64,000 nt of DNA. Source: SAR202 cluster bacterium (lineage in GTDB: Bacteria > Chloroflexota > Dehalococcoidia > Lucifugimonadales > UBA3495). Positions 10,992-21,162 of the stretch are shown here, one piece after another. The translations under genes and the position numbers were made by a program. Within the stretch, counting starts at the first letter, position 1. Every line of letters begins with the position of its first letter. The stretch is from positions 735-64,734 of the forward strand of contig VGZV01000007.1 in assembly GCA_016872385.1 (NCBI GenBank). Reading direction: 5' to 3'. Under the pieces are notes generated by a model. The model was given only the letters and a program-made list of their open reading frames with translations. It searched no databases and had not been told where the DNA came from.

Positions 10992-11756
10992 ATGCCTGCG
11001 CCATTAGACATTCGCATCATCGGCATCACGGGAATGCCGGAAATCCAGGCGGGCGACGACCTGGCCGCCTTGCTGGTGGCCGCCGCCCAGCGTCAGGGCG
11101 CTGAAATTAATCCCGGAGACGTTCTGGTGGTGACCCAGAAAGTTGTGTCCAAAGCTGAAGGCCGGGTGGTGCGGCTGGAGGATGTGGAGCCTTCCGCCCT
11201 GGCCATTGCCATTTCCGAAGGCCACCGGCGGGACCCGCGCCACACGGAGATTGTGCTGCGGGAGAGTAAGCGCATTGTGCGCATGGACCGGGGGGTAATT
11301 ATCAGCGAGACCTATCACGGCTTTACTTGCGCCAACGCCGGGGTGGACGCTTCTAACGTGCCGGGGGCCACTACCTTGTGCCTCTTGCCCCAGGACCCCG
11401 ACGCCTCAGCCCGCCGCATCCGGCAGGGGGTGCAGCAGGCCCTGGGCGTTTCTGTGGCGGTGATTATCTCCGACACCTTTGGCCGTCCCTGGCGTAACGG
11501 CGCCACCAATGTGGCCATTGGGGTGGCGGGCATGGAACCCATGCTGAGCTACGTGGGGCAGGAAGATGCTTCTGGAAAGACGCTGCACACCACGGTAATT
11601 TGCGTGGCCGATGAAATTGCGGCGGCGGCGGAGCTGGCCTCTGGCAAGGTGCTGGGCGTGCCGGTGGTGCTGGTGCAGGGCTACCCCTACCAGCCCAGTG
11701 AAAACGCCAGCCACCTGGCTTTATTGAGGGACCCTGACAAGGACCTGTTCAGGTAA
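10992..11756 (+). CDS. cofE: Coenzyme F420-0:L-glutamate ligase
   Basis: QKVVSKAEG, CANAGVDASN, LLPQDPDASA, SDTFGRPWR, C-terminal DLFR. Confidence 0.95.
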   Translation: MPAPLDIRIIGITGMPEIQAGDDLAALLVAAAQRQGAEINPGDVLVVTQKVVSKAEGRVVRLEDVEPSALAIAISEGHRRDPRHTEIVLRESKRIVRMDRGVIISETYHGFTCANAGVDASNVPGATTLCLLPQDPDASARRIRQGVQQALGVSVAVIISDTFGRPWRNGATNVAIGVAGMEPMLSYVGQEDASGKTLHTTVICVADEIAAAAELASGKVLGVPVVLVQGYPYQPSENASHLALLRDPDKDLFR

Positions 11757-11859
11757 ACCGGACGGCCCAATACCACTTTTTTTGGCACACTGGCCGTACT
11801 GCGATGACTGTTATGATGATATAATTATCATTAAATCAAACATCAAAGAGCCGAGCGCC

Positions 11860-12135
11860 ATGCAAGAAACAACAACCCGGACCACATTGACGTTGCCTTC
11901 GCAACTCCTGGAAGCCGTTGACCAGGTGGTGAGGGAGGGCAAGGCCAAGAGCCGCAACCAATTTGTGACCACCGCCCTGCGCCGCGAGTTGGCCGCCTTG
12001 AAGCGCGCTGCCATAGACGCGGACTTTGCCCGAATGAAAGATGACCAAGAATATCAAGAAGAAGCCCTGCGGATATGCAAGGAGTTCGCGACGTCTGACT
12101 GGGAGGCTTTCCAATTGGGTGAGCAGCAACTGTGA
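11860..12135 (+). CDS. Ribbon-helix-helix antitoxin
   Basis: RTTLTLP...SRNQFV RHH pattern with acidic tail; overlaps toxin start (GTGA). Confidence 0.85.
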   Translation: MQETTTRTTLTLPSQLLEAVDQVVREGKAKSRNQFVTTALRRELAALKRAAIDADFARMKDDQEYQEEALRICKEFATSDWEAFQLGEQQL

Positions 12136-12479
12136 AGCGCGGTGAGGTGTATTATGCCCGGCTGGATCCTGTTGCAGGTTCGGAGCAGGCTGGAGTTCGG
12201 CCAGTAGTCATAGTCAGCCGTGACTCCATTAACGACAACAGTTCAGTAATCCTGGCCGTTCCCTTCACTACTTACCGAGGCGGCTGGCTCTACCCCAGCC
12301 ACGTATTGCTTCAGCCACCGGAAGGCGGCCTCACCCGCAGTTCCGTGGCGATGGCGGAGCAGGTGCGCGCCTTGGACAAGGGGCGTCTCGGCCCGTTACG
12401 AGGTACACTCTCCAAGCAAGCTCTGGGGCAAATTGAAGAGGCGCTGCTAATAGCTATGGACTTGCCGGGGATGGCCTAA
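12132..12479 (+). CDS. PemK/MazF-family toxin
   Basis: MKRGEVY..LDPVAGSEQAGVRPVVIVS, EQVRALDK. Confidence 0.93.
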   Translation: MKRGEVYYARLDPVAGSEQAGVRPVVIVSRDSINDNSSVILAVPFTTYRGGWLYPSHVLLQPPEGGLTRSSVAMAEQVRALDKGRLGPLRGTLSKQALGQIEEALLIAMDLPGMA

Positions 12480-12482
12480 TCC

Positions 12483-13610
12483 TCACGTAAACAGCGCCAG
12501 TTCAAGCTGGCGGGCTTCCGGCTCCGCCAGCGCCACATCCGGGATTCCTGCGTCGTCCTCCAAGCCCGATACTCCCACGCCCAGCAGCCGGAAGGCTCGG
12601 CCCGGCGTTACCTCCAGGGAAGCCAGCCGCCAGGCGGCTTCGGCAATGGCCGCCTCGTCGCAGGTGGCCGCGGGCATGGTCGCTTGCCGGGTGAAGGTGG
12701 TGAAGTCGGCCCGACGCAGCTTCACTGTGACGGTGCGCCCCCGCAGCTCCTGGCGTTGCAAACGCCGCGCCACCCGGCCAGAAATCCGCAACAACTCCTG
12801 GCGCACCAGGGCAGGGTCTGCCAGGTCGCTGGAGAAGGTGTTCTCGGCGCTGACCGATTTGGTCACGTGTTCCGTGTGCACCGGCTCCTGGTCCAGCCCC
12901 AGAGCTTTGGCCCGCAAGTGCTCCCCGCGCTTGCCGAACCGGCTGCAGAACCATTCCGGCGGTTGGGCGGCTAACTGGCCGATGGTCTCAATGCCCTCCC
13001 GGTGTAGCCGCTCTGCCGACTTGGGGCCGATGCCCCAGAGCTTGCCCGCCGGCAAGGGGGCCAGGAACTCTTGTTCCTCTCCCGGAGCCACCACCACCAG
13101 ACCATCGGGCTTCTGAAGGTCCGAGGCAATTTTCGCCACGGACTTGCTGGTGGCCACGCCTATGGAGACTGTAAGGCCGGTAACGCGGCGGACCGTCTCC
13201 TTCAAATCCAGGGCCAAGGCCAGGGGAGGCTTACCCTTGGCCACCACCTGGGTCACGTCCAGGTAGGCTTCGTCCAGGGAAAGAGGTTCCACCAGCGGGG
13301 TCAGGGCACGGAATATGTCCATGACCTGCTGGGACATCTCATGGTAGCGGTCAAAACGGGGCCGTAGCAGAATGGCCTGGGGGCAGAGGCGCACGGCGGT
13401 TTTCATGGGCATTGCCGAGCGCACGCCGTACCTCCGCGCTTCGTAGGAAGCAGTGGCTACCACGCCCCGGTCTTCGGCGCGTCCGCCCACCACCACCGGC
13501 TTGCCCTTTAATGCAGGATTGTCCAGTTCCTCCACGGCGGCGTAGAAGGCGTCCAGGTCCGCGTGGAGGATGTGGCGGACTACCAGCGCTTGTTCTGACG
13601 TTTCCATCAT
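12483..13610 (-). CDS. dinB: DNA polymerase IV
   Basis: HADLDAFYA, ASYEARRYGVRSAM, SLDEAYLD, AKIASD..KPDG. Confidence 0.96.
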   Translation of the reverse strand: MMETSEQALVVRHILHADLDAFYAAVEELDNPALKGKPVVVGGRAEDRGVVATASYEARRYGVRSAMPMKTAVRLCPQAILLRPRFDRYHEMSQQVMDIFRALTPLVEPLSLDEAYLDVTQVVAKGKPPLALALDLKETVRRVTGLTVSIGVATSKSVAKIASDLQKPDGLVVVAPGEEQEFLAPLPAGKLWGIGPKSAERLHREGIETIGQLAAQPPEWFCSRFGKRGEHLRAKALGLDQEPVHTEHVTKSVSAENTFSSDLADPALVRQELLRISGRVARRLQRQELRGRTVTVKLRRADFTTFTRQATMPAATCDEAAIAEAAWRLASLEVTPGRAFRLLGVGVSGLEDDAGIPDVALAEPEARQLELALFT

Positions 13611-13662
13611 CCAACATTTTACCCTCGGCGGCGGTGTAGCGCATTCCCCCGCTGTCAGGTGT

Positions 13663-13801
13663 GGGTAGTGTATCAGTTTGCCTTAACCTTTAACTCCTCG
13701 CACCTCGACTTGTCGGGGCCCCCAGATACTTGCATGGTTTAGGTATTCTCCTAGGTTCCGGCGGAAGCTGGAATGACGAACGGCTAATTGATACACTACC
13801 C
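13663..13801. mobile_element. MITE with GGTAGTG ends
   Basis: TIR GGGTAGTGTATCAGTTTGCC / GGCTAATTGATACACTACCC (18/20); degenerate flanks CAGGTGTG / CAGGAGTC; REP half-site inside. Confidence 0.75.
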
Positions 13802-13904
13802 AGGAGTCGCAATGGAAAGGCGCTCTGGCGTAGGGTATGATAGGGCCGCCAGCGCAGGCCACGCCAACGACTTTGTACGCCATGTCCCTTCGGCAGGAGG
13901 AATT

Positions 13905-15239
13905 ATGCCCACCATTCTGGAAGAGTACATTGCCAAGCACCAGGGATCGGCCCAGCGTTACGCCGAGGCGTCCCAGCTATTCCCCAGCGGCGTAACCCAC
14001 GATAACCGCTACGCCGAACCTTTCCCCCTTTACATGACCCATGGCCTGGGCCCCCGCAAATGGGACGTGGACGCCAATGAATATATTGACTACGTGTCCG
14101 GCCACGGGGCGCTGCTCCTGGGTCATTCCCACCCTGCCATTGCCGCCGCCGTTGCTTACCAGATTGCCTGGGGCACCCACCTGGGGGCCTGCACCGACGA
14201 AGAAATTCGATGGGCCAAGGCCATCAAGGCGTTAATGCCGGGGGTGGAGAAAATCCGCTTCCACAGTTCCGGCACGGAAGCTACTCTGATGGCCATGCGG
14301 CTGGCCCGTGCCTACACCGGCAAAAACAAAATTATCAAACTGCGCAACCACTTCCACGGCTGGCATGACTACGCCATGGCCGGTTCTGACCGGCCCGCGC
14401 CGGGCATTCCCCAGTCCAGTTGGGGCAGCATGGTGGTGGCGCCTGCCGGAGACCTGGGCGCGGTGGAGAAGGTGCTGAGCAACGACCAGGATATCGCTGG
14501 AATTATCCTGGAACCCACCGGCGCCCACTACGGCCAGCTGCCGCTGCCCCTGCCTTCCTACCTGGCAGGACTGAGGGACTTGACCAGCCAGCATGGGGCC
14601 GTATTGATTTTCGACGAAGTGGTCACCGGGTTCCGCGCCTCCGCGGGCGGCGCCCAGGTGCGTTATGGCGTTACGCCGGACCTCTCCACCCTGGCCAAGA
14701 TAGTGGCGGGGGGCTTGCCCGGCGGCGCAGTGGCCGGCAAGGCGGAAATTGTGGATATGATTGCCCACCGGGGCGACCCGGCCTGGGACAACCAGCGACG
14801 CGTGTATCACCCCGGGACTTTCAACGGCAATCCCCTGTCGGCCATTGCCGGGGCGGTATGTCTTGAGCTAATCGCCAGCCAGCCGTTAAACCAGCGGGCC
14901 GACAACATGGCCTTGCGGCTAAAGAATGGGCTGAACGGCATTTTTGCCCGCATGGAAGTGGCGGGCCACGCCCACGGCATTGCATCCATGATTCACATAG
15001 TCCTAGCTGACTGCGATTGTGACCGGGAAATCTGCACCATGTCCCATGACCAGATTCACCACGCCGTGGCCAGTCCGGCGGTGACCGCCTTGAAACGGGG
15101 CCTGCAGAACCAGGGAGTGGACATAATGGGCCGGGAAGCTTTTTTGGTTTCCGCCACCCACACGGAGCGGGAGATTGACCAGACCCTGGCAGCCTTTGAA
15201 GCGGCCCTGGCGGCAGTGCGGGCTGAAGGCCTGCTGTAG
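13905..15239 (+). CDS. Class III aminotransferase (HemL-like)
   Basis: WDVDANEYID, SSGTEAT, FHGWHD, FDEVVTGFR, LAKIVAGG, GTFNGNP; GGAGG RBS. Substrate not determinable. Confidence 0.85.
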   Translation: MPTILEEYIAKHQGSAQRYAEASQLFPSGVTHDNRYAEPFPLYMTHGLGPRKWDVDANEYIDYVSGHGALLLGHSHPAIAAAVAYQIAWGTHLGACTDEEIRWAKAIKALMPGVEKIRFHSSGTEATLMAMRLARAYTGKNKIIKLRNHFHGWHDYAMAGSDRPAPGIPQSSWGSMVVAPAGDLGAVEKVLSNDQDIAGIILEPTGAHYGQLPLPLPSYLAGLRDLTSQHGAVLIFDEVVTGFRASAGGAQVRYGVTPDLSTLAKIVAGGLPGGAVAGKAEIVDMIAHRGDPAWDNQRRVYHPGTFNGNPLSAIAGAVCLELIASQPLNQRADNMALRLKNGLNGIFARMEVAGHAHGIASMIHIVLADCDCDREICTMSHDQIHHAVASPAVTALKRGLQNQGVDIMGREAFLVSATHTEREIDQTLAAFEAALAAVRAEGLL

Positions 15240-15285
15240 CTTACGGTAGTTTATTGGATGGGCCTCTGCGGATGTTTTGTCCTCA

Positions 15286-15416
15286 GAGGGTGTCTAAAAA
15301 GGTTCGGTGCTCGTGGTTCGACGGGCTCACCACGAGCGGAAAAGCCGCTCATCCAGAGATTGCGAACCATGAGCGGCTCGCCCACATGCCCTTCGACAGG
15401 TTCAGGCTGAGCGGGC
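15286..15416. repeat. REP-like hairpin cluster with one GAG-type MITE end
   Basis: GAGGGTGTCTAAAAAG, GCTCGTGGTTCGACGGGCTCACCACGAGC, CCCTTCGACAGGTTCAGG; same family at 10005, 38594, 48507, 51022, 59521. Confidence 0.7.
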
Positions 15417-15649
15417 TAGTAGCCAAGTTTACCAACTAATGCAAGGCTCAATAAAACAACTTCTCAGGCAGCCCGCCATCCGGTAAGTCTGCCCCCACAC
15501 GCGTAAACGTCGCTCCTGCGGATGCCGCGCAGATTCCTGGTCTGGTATTCCCGTCATCATTGGCACTGTCACTGTCGTATATCCTATCCAAGACCGGTCT
15601 GTTAGAATTGGCTGAGGTTGCACACCATTTCCAAACTTTTGAGGTGAAT

Positions 15650-16740
15650 ATGGCATCGTATGAGAACCTTCAATTCACCCACCGGCACTCCATTTTCTGC
15701 ATTCTCCCGCCCCACATTCTCAGGAACATAGTGGAACACGGCAACGACGCCCAGCGCAGAATCGCCTCGCTCGGCCTGGCCGTGGACAATACCTTGCGGG
15801 CCATGCGCGCTGCCGCCCCGCGGCGGGCAGAGGCGCCCACGGCCAAGCGGCCCGGCCTTTTTGCCGAAGAGGGGGCCAAGCAGCGCACCATCTACGATGC
15901 CAAGAACACCCAGAACCTTCCGGGCGCCCTGGTGCGCTCCGAAGGCTCCGGGCCGTCCAGCGACGTGGCCGTAAACGAGGCCTACGATGGCCTGGGGGAC
16001 ACTTTAAATCTGTATTGGGACGTTTATGGCCGGAACTCCATAGACGATGAAGGAATGCGCCTGGATGCCACGGTTCATTTCGTCCAGGACTACGGCAACG
16101 CCTTTTGGAACGGGGAACGCATGGTCTTTGGCGACGGCGATGGCCAGTTGTTCAACCGGTTCACCATTTCGCTGGACATTATCGGCCATTAATTGGCCCA
16201 CGGCGTGACCGAGGACGAGGCCGGGCTGATTTATTTCTACCAGGCGGGCGCGTTGAACGAGTCCCTGTCCGACGTGTTTGGCTCGCTGGTGAAGCTGTAC
16301 CGCCTCAAGCAGACTGCCGCCCAGGCCGACTGGCTCATTGGCGCTGGGCTGCTCACCAGCAACGTCAAGGGGGTGGCGCTGCGTTCCATGAAAGCGCCGG
16401 GCGCCGCCTTCAACGACCCCGTGCTGGGGAAGGACCCCCAGCCCGCCCACATGCGGGACTTCGTCCGCACCTTTGAAGACAACGGCGGCGTCCACATCAA
16501 CTCCGGCATCCCCAACCACGCCTTTTATCAGGCTTCCACCCTTATTGGGGGCAATGCCTGGGAAAAGGCGGGAAAATCTGGTATGAGACCTTGCGGGACA
16601 ACCGGCTGCGCCCCAACACCGGCTTCCAGCGTTTTGCCCAGCTGACCGTTAACACCGCAGTGCGGCTGTACGGCTCCAACAGCAAGGAAGCCCAGTGCGT
16701 GCGGCAGGGCTGGGTGGTGGTGGGCATCAGCGTCAAGTAA
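15650..16740 (+). pseudogene. Protealysin-like M4 metallopeptidase, disrupted
   Basis: Propeptide CILPPHIL, NAFWNG, GALNESLSD, DNGGVHINSGIPN. HExxH reads H-TAA-LAH (16190-16192); frameshift near 16575 (AGK then IWYETL in the -1 frame). Confidence 0.9.
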
Positions 16741-16868
16741 GTGCCAATCCACTAGAAACCGCCGGGCTGCATTGTACCGGCTTCGTGGCAGGGGTAGGGC
16801 GTCGCATAGCCTTGCCCCTGTCGCTTTGTTTAACGTTGAGCAGGTCCACATCGGCGGTGGCCGTTGCC

Positions 16869-17010
16869 CAGGGAATTGCACGTTATTCAGCGCCGGAATC
16901 AAAATCCCCAAGCGCCCCTTTGCAAAGGGGGATAGGGGGATTTCTCCATTAAAAGTCTTTTGCTGTGTTCAACTGCTGAGGTAAGTTGGTTTTGACATGC
17001 GATTGCCCTG
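16869..17010. mobile_element. MITE with CAGGG ends
   Basis: TIR CAGGGAATTGCACGT / ACATGCGATTGCCCTG; degenerate flanks GCCGTTGCC / GCCGATGCA; AAATCCCC...GGGGATTT hairpin inside. Confidence 0.7.
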
Positions 17011-17096
17011 GCCGATGCACCAGGATTCCTCTACGACTCAGCCGGTGCTGATACAATAACTGTATCTCAGAAAGCACGTGCTGCGGGGGTGCAACT

Positions 17097-17420
17097 ATGC
17101 GGGTGCAATTCAAGATGGAAGGTGGCGTGGCCTTCTTTCCAGGACTAAGCCGCCCAACTATTTTTGACACGGAGCAGTTGTCTCCCGGTTATGCCGCCGA
17201 ACTGGAGCAAAAAGTGAAGGCCGCCAGGTTCTTTGACCTGCCTGCTACGGTGGGCGCGCCGGGCAAGGGGGCGGCGGACTACCGGCAGTACACCGTTACT
17301 GTGGAGGACCAGGACAGGAGCCACACCGTGCGGGTGGTGGAACCGGTGGCCGATTCTGCCCTGCTGGCATTGCTGGACTATTTGCGGGCCAGGAGCCGCG
17401 CGCGCCCCGCCAGCGGCTAG
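17097..17420 (+). CDS. Protealysin inhibitor emfourin
   Basis: EGGVAFFPGL, FFDLP, GAADYRQYTVTVED..RSHTV; directly downstream of a protealysin gene as is typical. Confidence 0.88.
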   Translation: MRVQFKMEGGVAFFPGLSRPTIFDTEQLSPGYAAELEQKVKAARFFDLPATVGAPGKGAADYRQYTVTVEDQDRSHTVRVVEPVADSALLALLDYLRARSRARPASG

Positions 17421-17511
17421 TGCCCAGCCTGAAGTATTTCTGTTAGAATCCCACCAACTGGCCGGGCAGCGCCAGCGCAAATTCGCCTAGACAACTTCAG
17501 GAGGTAGAGGT

Positions 17512-18252
17512 ATGCCGTCCTTCACTGAGAAGCTCAAGGTACAAGGCAAGGACATGCCGGTTTACGCCAGCGTTCCCAGCGGCTCCGGGCCTTTCCCGGC
17601 CATTGTGGTGGCCCAGCACGGCGGCGGCGTGGACACCTTCATCAAGAGTATCTGCGACCGCCTGGCCCAAGAGGGCTACGCCGCGGTAGCTCCCGACCTT
17701 TACCACCGCATCACGGAAGACATGGTGAAGAGCAGCGGCAAGACCCGCCGGGAACTGCTCAACGATTCGGAAATCATCGCCGACGTTAACGCCACCGTGG
17801 ACTGGCTGCGCGGGCACAAGGCCATCCAGCGGGACAACATTGGTGTCACCGGCTTTTGCATGGGTGGGCGCGTGACCTGGCTGGCCGCCGCCACCAACCC
17901 CCATTTCAAAGCAGCAGCGCCCTACTACGGCGGCAACATTATGCAGGTGTGGGGCAAGTCTGAGACCAACAAGACTCCCCTGGAGTTGGCCGGCGGCATC
18001 AAGTGTCCCATTCTGTTCCACTTTGGCGATCAGGACCAGAACCCATCCCAGGCGGACATGCGCAAGTTCGACGGCGAGCTTACTCGCCTGGGCAAGACTC
18101 ACCAGTTCTACACCTATCCTGGGGCCAACCACGCCTTTATGGACCACACCGGCCAGCGGTACGTCAAGTCCGCCGCCGACGCCTCCTGGCCGCGCACCAT
18201 TGAGTTCTTTGGCAAGCATTTGAAGGCGGCACAGGCTGGCGCCCGGCGGTAG
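17512..18252 (+). CDS. Dienelactone hydrolase family protein
   Basis: APDLYHR, GFCMGG nucleophile elbow, YYG, YPGANHAF. Confidence 0.92.
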   Translation: MPSFTEKLKVQGKDMPVYASVPSGSGPFPAIVVAQHGGGVDTFIKSICDRLAQEGYAAVAPDLYHRITEDMVKSSGKTRRELLNDSEIIADVNATVDWLRGHKAIQRDNIGVTGFCMGGRVTWLAAATNPHFKAAAPYYGGNIMQVWGKSETNKTPLELAGGIKCPILFHFGDQDQNPSQADMRKFDGELTRLGKTHQFYTYPGANHAFMDHTGQRYVKSAADASWPRTIEFFGKHLKAAQAGARR

Positions 18253-18333
18253 GCCAGAGCAGGCAAAATATGCAGGGGCGAGAATTATCTCGCCCCTGCA
18301 TGAACGAATGTATTTCGCATAGGAGTCGAACCA

Positions 18334-18843
18334 ATGCCACGACAAGCACTGGACCTGGAAAATAAGACTAATTTGCGGACCCTGGGCAGCGACGGCTGGA
18401 AGATAGCTATGGGCCTGGTGCCCGGCGAGGGCAACCAGGGCCTGGTGGCGGAGATGAAGGGCAGCCCGGCCCGCCTGACCGATTACGACGACTCCTGGTG
18501 GGAGAGCAGCGGAGATATCCAGGAGCGCCGCTCCACGGGCTTCACTTTTGCCTGGTACCGCCTGCACTACAAGACCCCGAACCGCGTCAACGGCGAGGAC
18601 GTCAGCGGCAAGCGGGTATGGTTTGAGACCAACGTGGACAATTACGGCGAAGTGTACATTGACGGCAAGATTGACCGCAGCATCGGCGTGATTACCGGCA
18701 ACAACACGCCCAAGCGAGTGCTGGTGGAGGAAAAAGCCGCTCCTGGCGCTAGCCACGTGATTGCCGTGCTGGTGGCCAACGGCCCCCTGGGCGACCCGGT
18801 GGGCACCATCTTCATGCGCTACGCCACCCTGACCTTCGAGTAA
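18334..18843 (+). CDS. Hypothetical galactose-binding/jelly-roll-like protein
   Basis: YDDSWW, AWYR, VDNYGEVYIDG, IAVLVAN resemble GH2 sugar-binding domain elements; AGGAG RBS. Confidence 0.6.
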   Translation: MPRQALDLENKTNLRTLGSDGWKIAMGLVPGEGNQGLVAEMKGSPARLTDYDDSWWESSGDIQERRSTGFTFAWYRLHYKTPNRVNGEDVSGKRVWFETNVDNYGEVYIDGKIDRSIGVITGNNTPKRVLVEEKAAPGASHVIAVLVANGPLGDPVGTIFMRYATLTFE

Positions 18844-18942
18844 TCAGCTATCAGCCAACAGCCATTAGTTGTCAGCCCTCGGCTTCCCTGCTCCCCATGG
18901 GTGTGGGCGGGGTCTGTTATCTGACAGCAGATGGCTGATAGC
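18842..18942. repeat. Inverted 7-mer periodic repeat
   Basis: AATCAGC TATCAGC CAACAGC CATTAGT TGTCAGC ... CTGACAG CAGATGG CTGATAG. Confidence 0.75.
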
Positions 18943-18954
18943 TTTGGGAGCGTT

Positions 18955-20436
18955 ATGGCCCAATCCTACGCCGGCAAGGTCAACGCCCCGGACTTCCCGC
19001 CGGGGCTGGAGTGGATTAACACCCACCGCCCCATCTCCATAAAGGAATTGCGGGGCAAAATTGTGCTGCTGGACTTCTGGACCTACTGTTGAATCAACTG
19101 CATGCACATTTTTCCGCAGTTGCGGAAACTGGAGCAGCACTACGCCAACGAACTGGTGGTTATTGGCGTGCATTCGGCCAAGTTCCCCAACGAGAAGGAG
19201 GGGGACAACCTGCGGGCGGCGGTGCAGCGGTACGAACTGCGACACCCGGTGGTCAACGATGCCGAGTTCCTGGTGTGGCAAGAGTACGCCTGCCGCGCGT
19301 GGCCTACTTTAATGTTCATTGACCCCCAGGGCAAGGTCATCGGCAAGCATGAGGGTGAGCTGCCCTACGAGGCCTTTGACCGTATCCTGGGGGAGATGGT
19401 GGCCCAGTTCGACGCCCAGGGGCTGATTGACCGCACCCCCCTGTCCTTTCACGCCGAGCCCGAGACCGTTTCAGCCCTGTCTTTTCCGGGCAAAGTGCTG
19501 GCCGATGCTGAGCAGGACCGGCTTTGCATCGCCGACTCCAACCACAACCGAATTGTAATTGCCAGCCTGGATGGGTTGGTGCGCCAGGTCATTGGCTCCG
19601 GCCAGGAAGGGCTGAACGATGGCGGCTTTGCCGAAGCTCAGTTCAACCATCCCCAGGGCATGGCCCTGGCCGGAAACGTTCTGTATGTGGCCGACACGGA
19701 AAACCACGCCCTGCGCAAGGTGGACTTGAGCGCCCAGCGCGTGGAAACCATCGCCGGGACCGGGCAGCAGGGGCATATGCGCCAGGGCCAAGGCCCGGGC
19801 AGGCGGGTGGACCTTAATTCCCCCTGGGACCTGGTGCACCGCAACAATACTCTATATGTTGCCATGGCGGGCAGCCACCAGATTTGGTCCATGACCCTGG
19901 CCGACGGTCAAATGGGGCCTTATGCGGGCAGCGGCCAGGAAGCCATTATTGACGGCCCGCTGGCCACGGCGGCTCTGGCCCAGCCCAGCGGCATCACCTC
20001 CGACGGCACATGGCTCTACTTTGCCGACAGCGAGACCAGCTCCATCCGCTATGCGGACCTGAATATCCGGGGCCGGGTTGGCACCATTGTGGGCATGGGG
20101 CTGTTTGTGTTTGGCGACGAGGACGGAGTGGAGAACCACGTGCGGCTGCAACATCCTCTGGGAATTACCTGGCTGGATGGCGCTCTGTATGTGGCGGACA
20201 CCTACAACCACAAAATCAAACGGGTGCTGCCCTCCACCCGCAGCAGTTTCACTTTTCTGGGCACGGGACAGGCGGGCTACAAGGACGGGCCGGGCGCCCA
20301 GGCTCAGTTTGCCGAACCCAGCGGCCTGAGCGTGGCCGGAGCCAGGCTCTACATCGCTGATACCAACAACCACCGTATCCGCGTGGCGGACCTGGCCAGC
20401 AGTGAGGTAAGGACAGTGGAGTTGCGCGGGCTGTAA
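18955..20436 (+). CDS. Thioredoxin-like + NHL-repeat protein, probable selenoprotein (Sec at codon 46)
   Basis: ATG 18955 with GGGAG RBS: [22 protein letters not shown]...[17 protein letters not shown](19090-19092)-INCMH...IGVHSAKF, in frame with the 19102 ORF; NHL repeats follow. Confidence 0.88.
19093..19140 (+). promoter_or_regulatory. Candidate bacterial SECIS element
   Basis: Stem TTTCCGC (19111-19117)/GCGGAAA (19122-19128), loop AGTT, 25 nt after the TGA. Confidence 0.7.
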
Positions 20437-20451
20437 GGGCAAACCTCTGCT

Positions 20452-20612
20452 CAGGACAATCGCATTCTCCGCTATCCGTTGGTCGAGTAGTCCCGACACC
20501 GTCGGGACGTATCGAGACCCCATGGCGTACTGATTTCGATACGTCCCGATTTCATCGGGACTACTCAATCAGCGGTGCCCCCTACAGATGGATGGAACGT
20601 GCGATTGCCCTG
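20452..20612. mobile_element. MITE with CAGG ends
   Basis: TIR CAGGACAATCGCA / TGCGATTGCCCTG; flanking direct repeat AACCTCTGCT / AGCCTCTGCT (9/10). Confidence 0.8.
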
Positions 20613-20701
20613 AGCCTCTGCTCAATCCCAGTACCAAATCCCGCTCCGGTGTGGTATGCTGATACCGTTATCTCACCAGCAAAAGGTTGTTTGGAAAAGT
20701 C

Positions 20702-21103
20702 ATGGACGCTCAGCAACTCCTAAAGCTCGACAGTAACCCCAAAATTCCGTCGTTTATCCCTGGAGATACCGTCAAGGTCAACGTCCGCATCCGCGAGGGC
20801 GACCGCGAGCGTATCCAGGCTTTTCAGGGCGTGGTAATCCGGTGCCGTCATGGCAACGACAGTGGCGCTACCTTCACCGTCCGGCGCATGTCCGGCGGCA
20901 TCGGTATCGAACGCATCTTCCCCTTCCATTCCCCCATGGTAGACTCGGTGGAAGTAATCCGCCAGGGTGCAGTGCGCCGCGCCAAGCTCTACTACCTCCG
21001 GGAACTGCGCGGCCGCGCCGCTCGCATCAAAGAGCGCTCCACCTTCTTCCAGCGCGGAGCGCCGCAGGCAGAGGAACCGGCGCAGCCGCCCGCCCAAGAC
21101 TAG
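20702..21103 (+). CDS. rplS: 50S ribosomal protein L19
   Basis: [37 protein letters not shown]. Confidence 0.97.
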   Translation: MDAQQLLKLDSNPKIPSFIPGDTVKVNVRIREGDRERIQAFQGVVIRCRHGNDSGATFTVRRMSGGIGIERIFPFHSPMVDSVEVIRQGAVRRAKLYYLRELRGRAARIKERSTFFQRGAPQAEEPAQPPAQD

Positions 21104-21162
21104 GCATAAAACCCTTGCCCTGGGCGCCGGTTTTCTGGAATCCCAACCGGCGGTGAAAGCTC

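Noticed and set aside
13905-15239. hemL assignment
   Set aside because: Family is clear, but N-terminal motifs diverge and there is no tetrapyrrole gene context.
16570-16576. Programmed -1 frameshift at G GGA AAA in the protealysin gene
   Set aside because: It fits a slippery heptamer, but the upstream TAA at the catalytic Glu already inactivates the gene; simple decay is more parsimonious.
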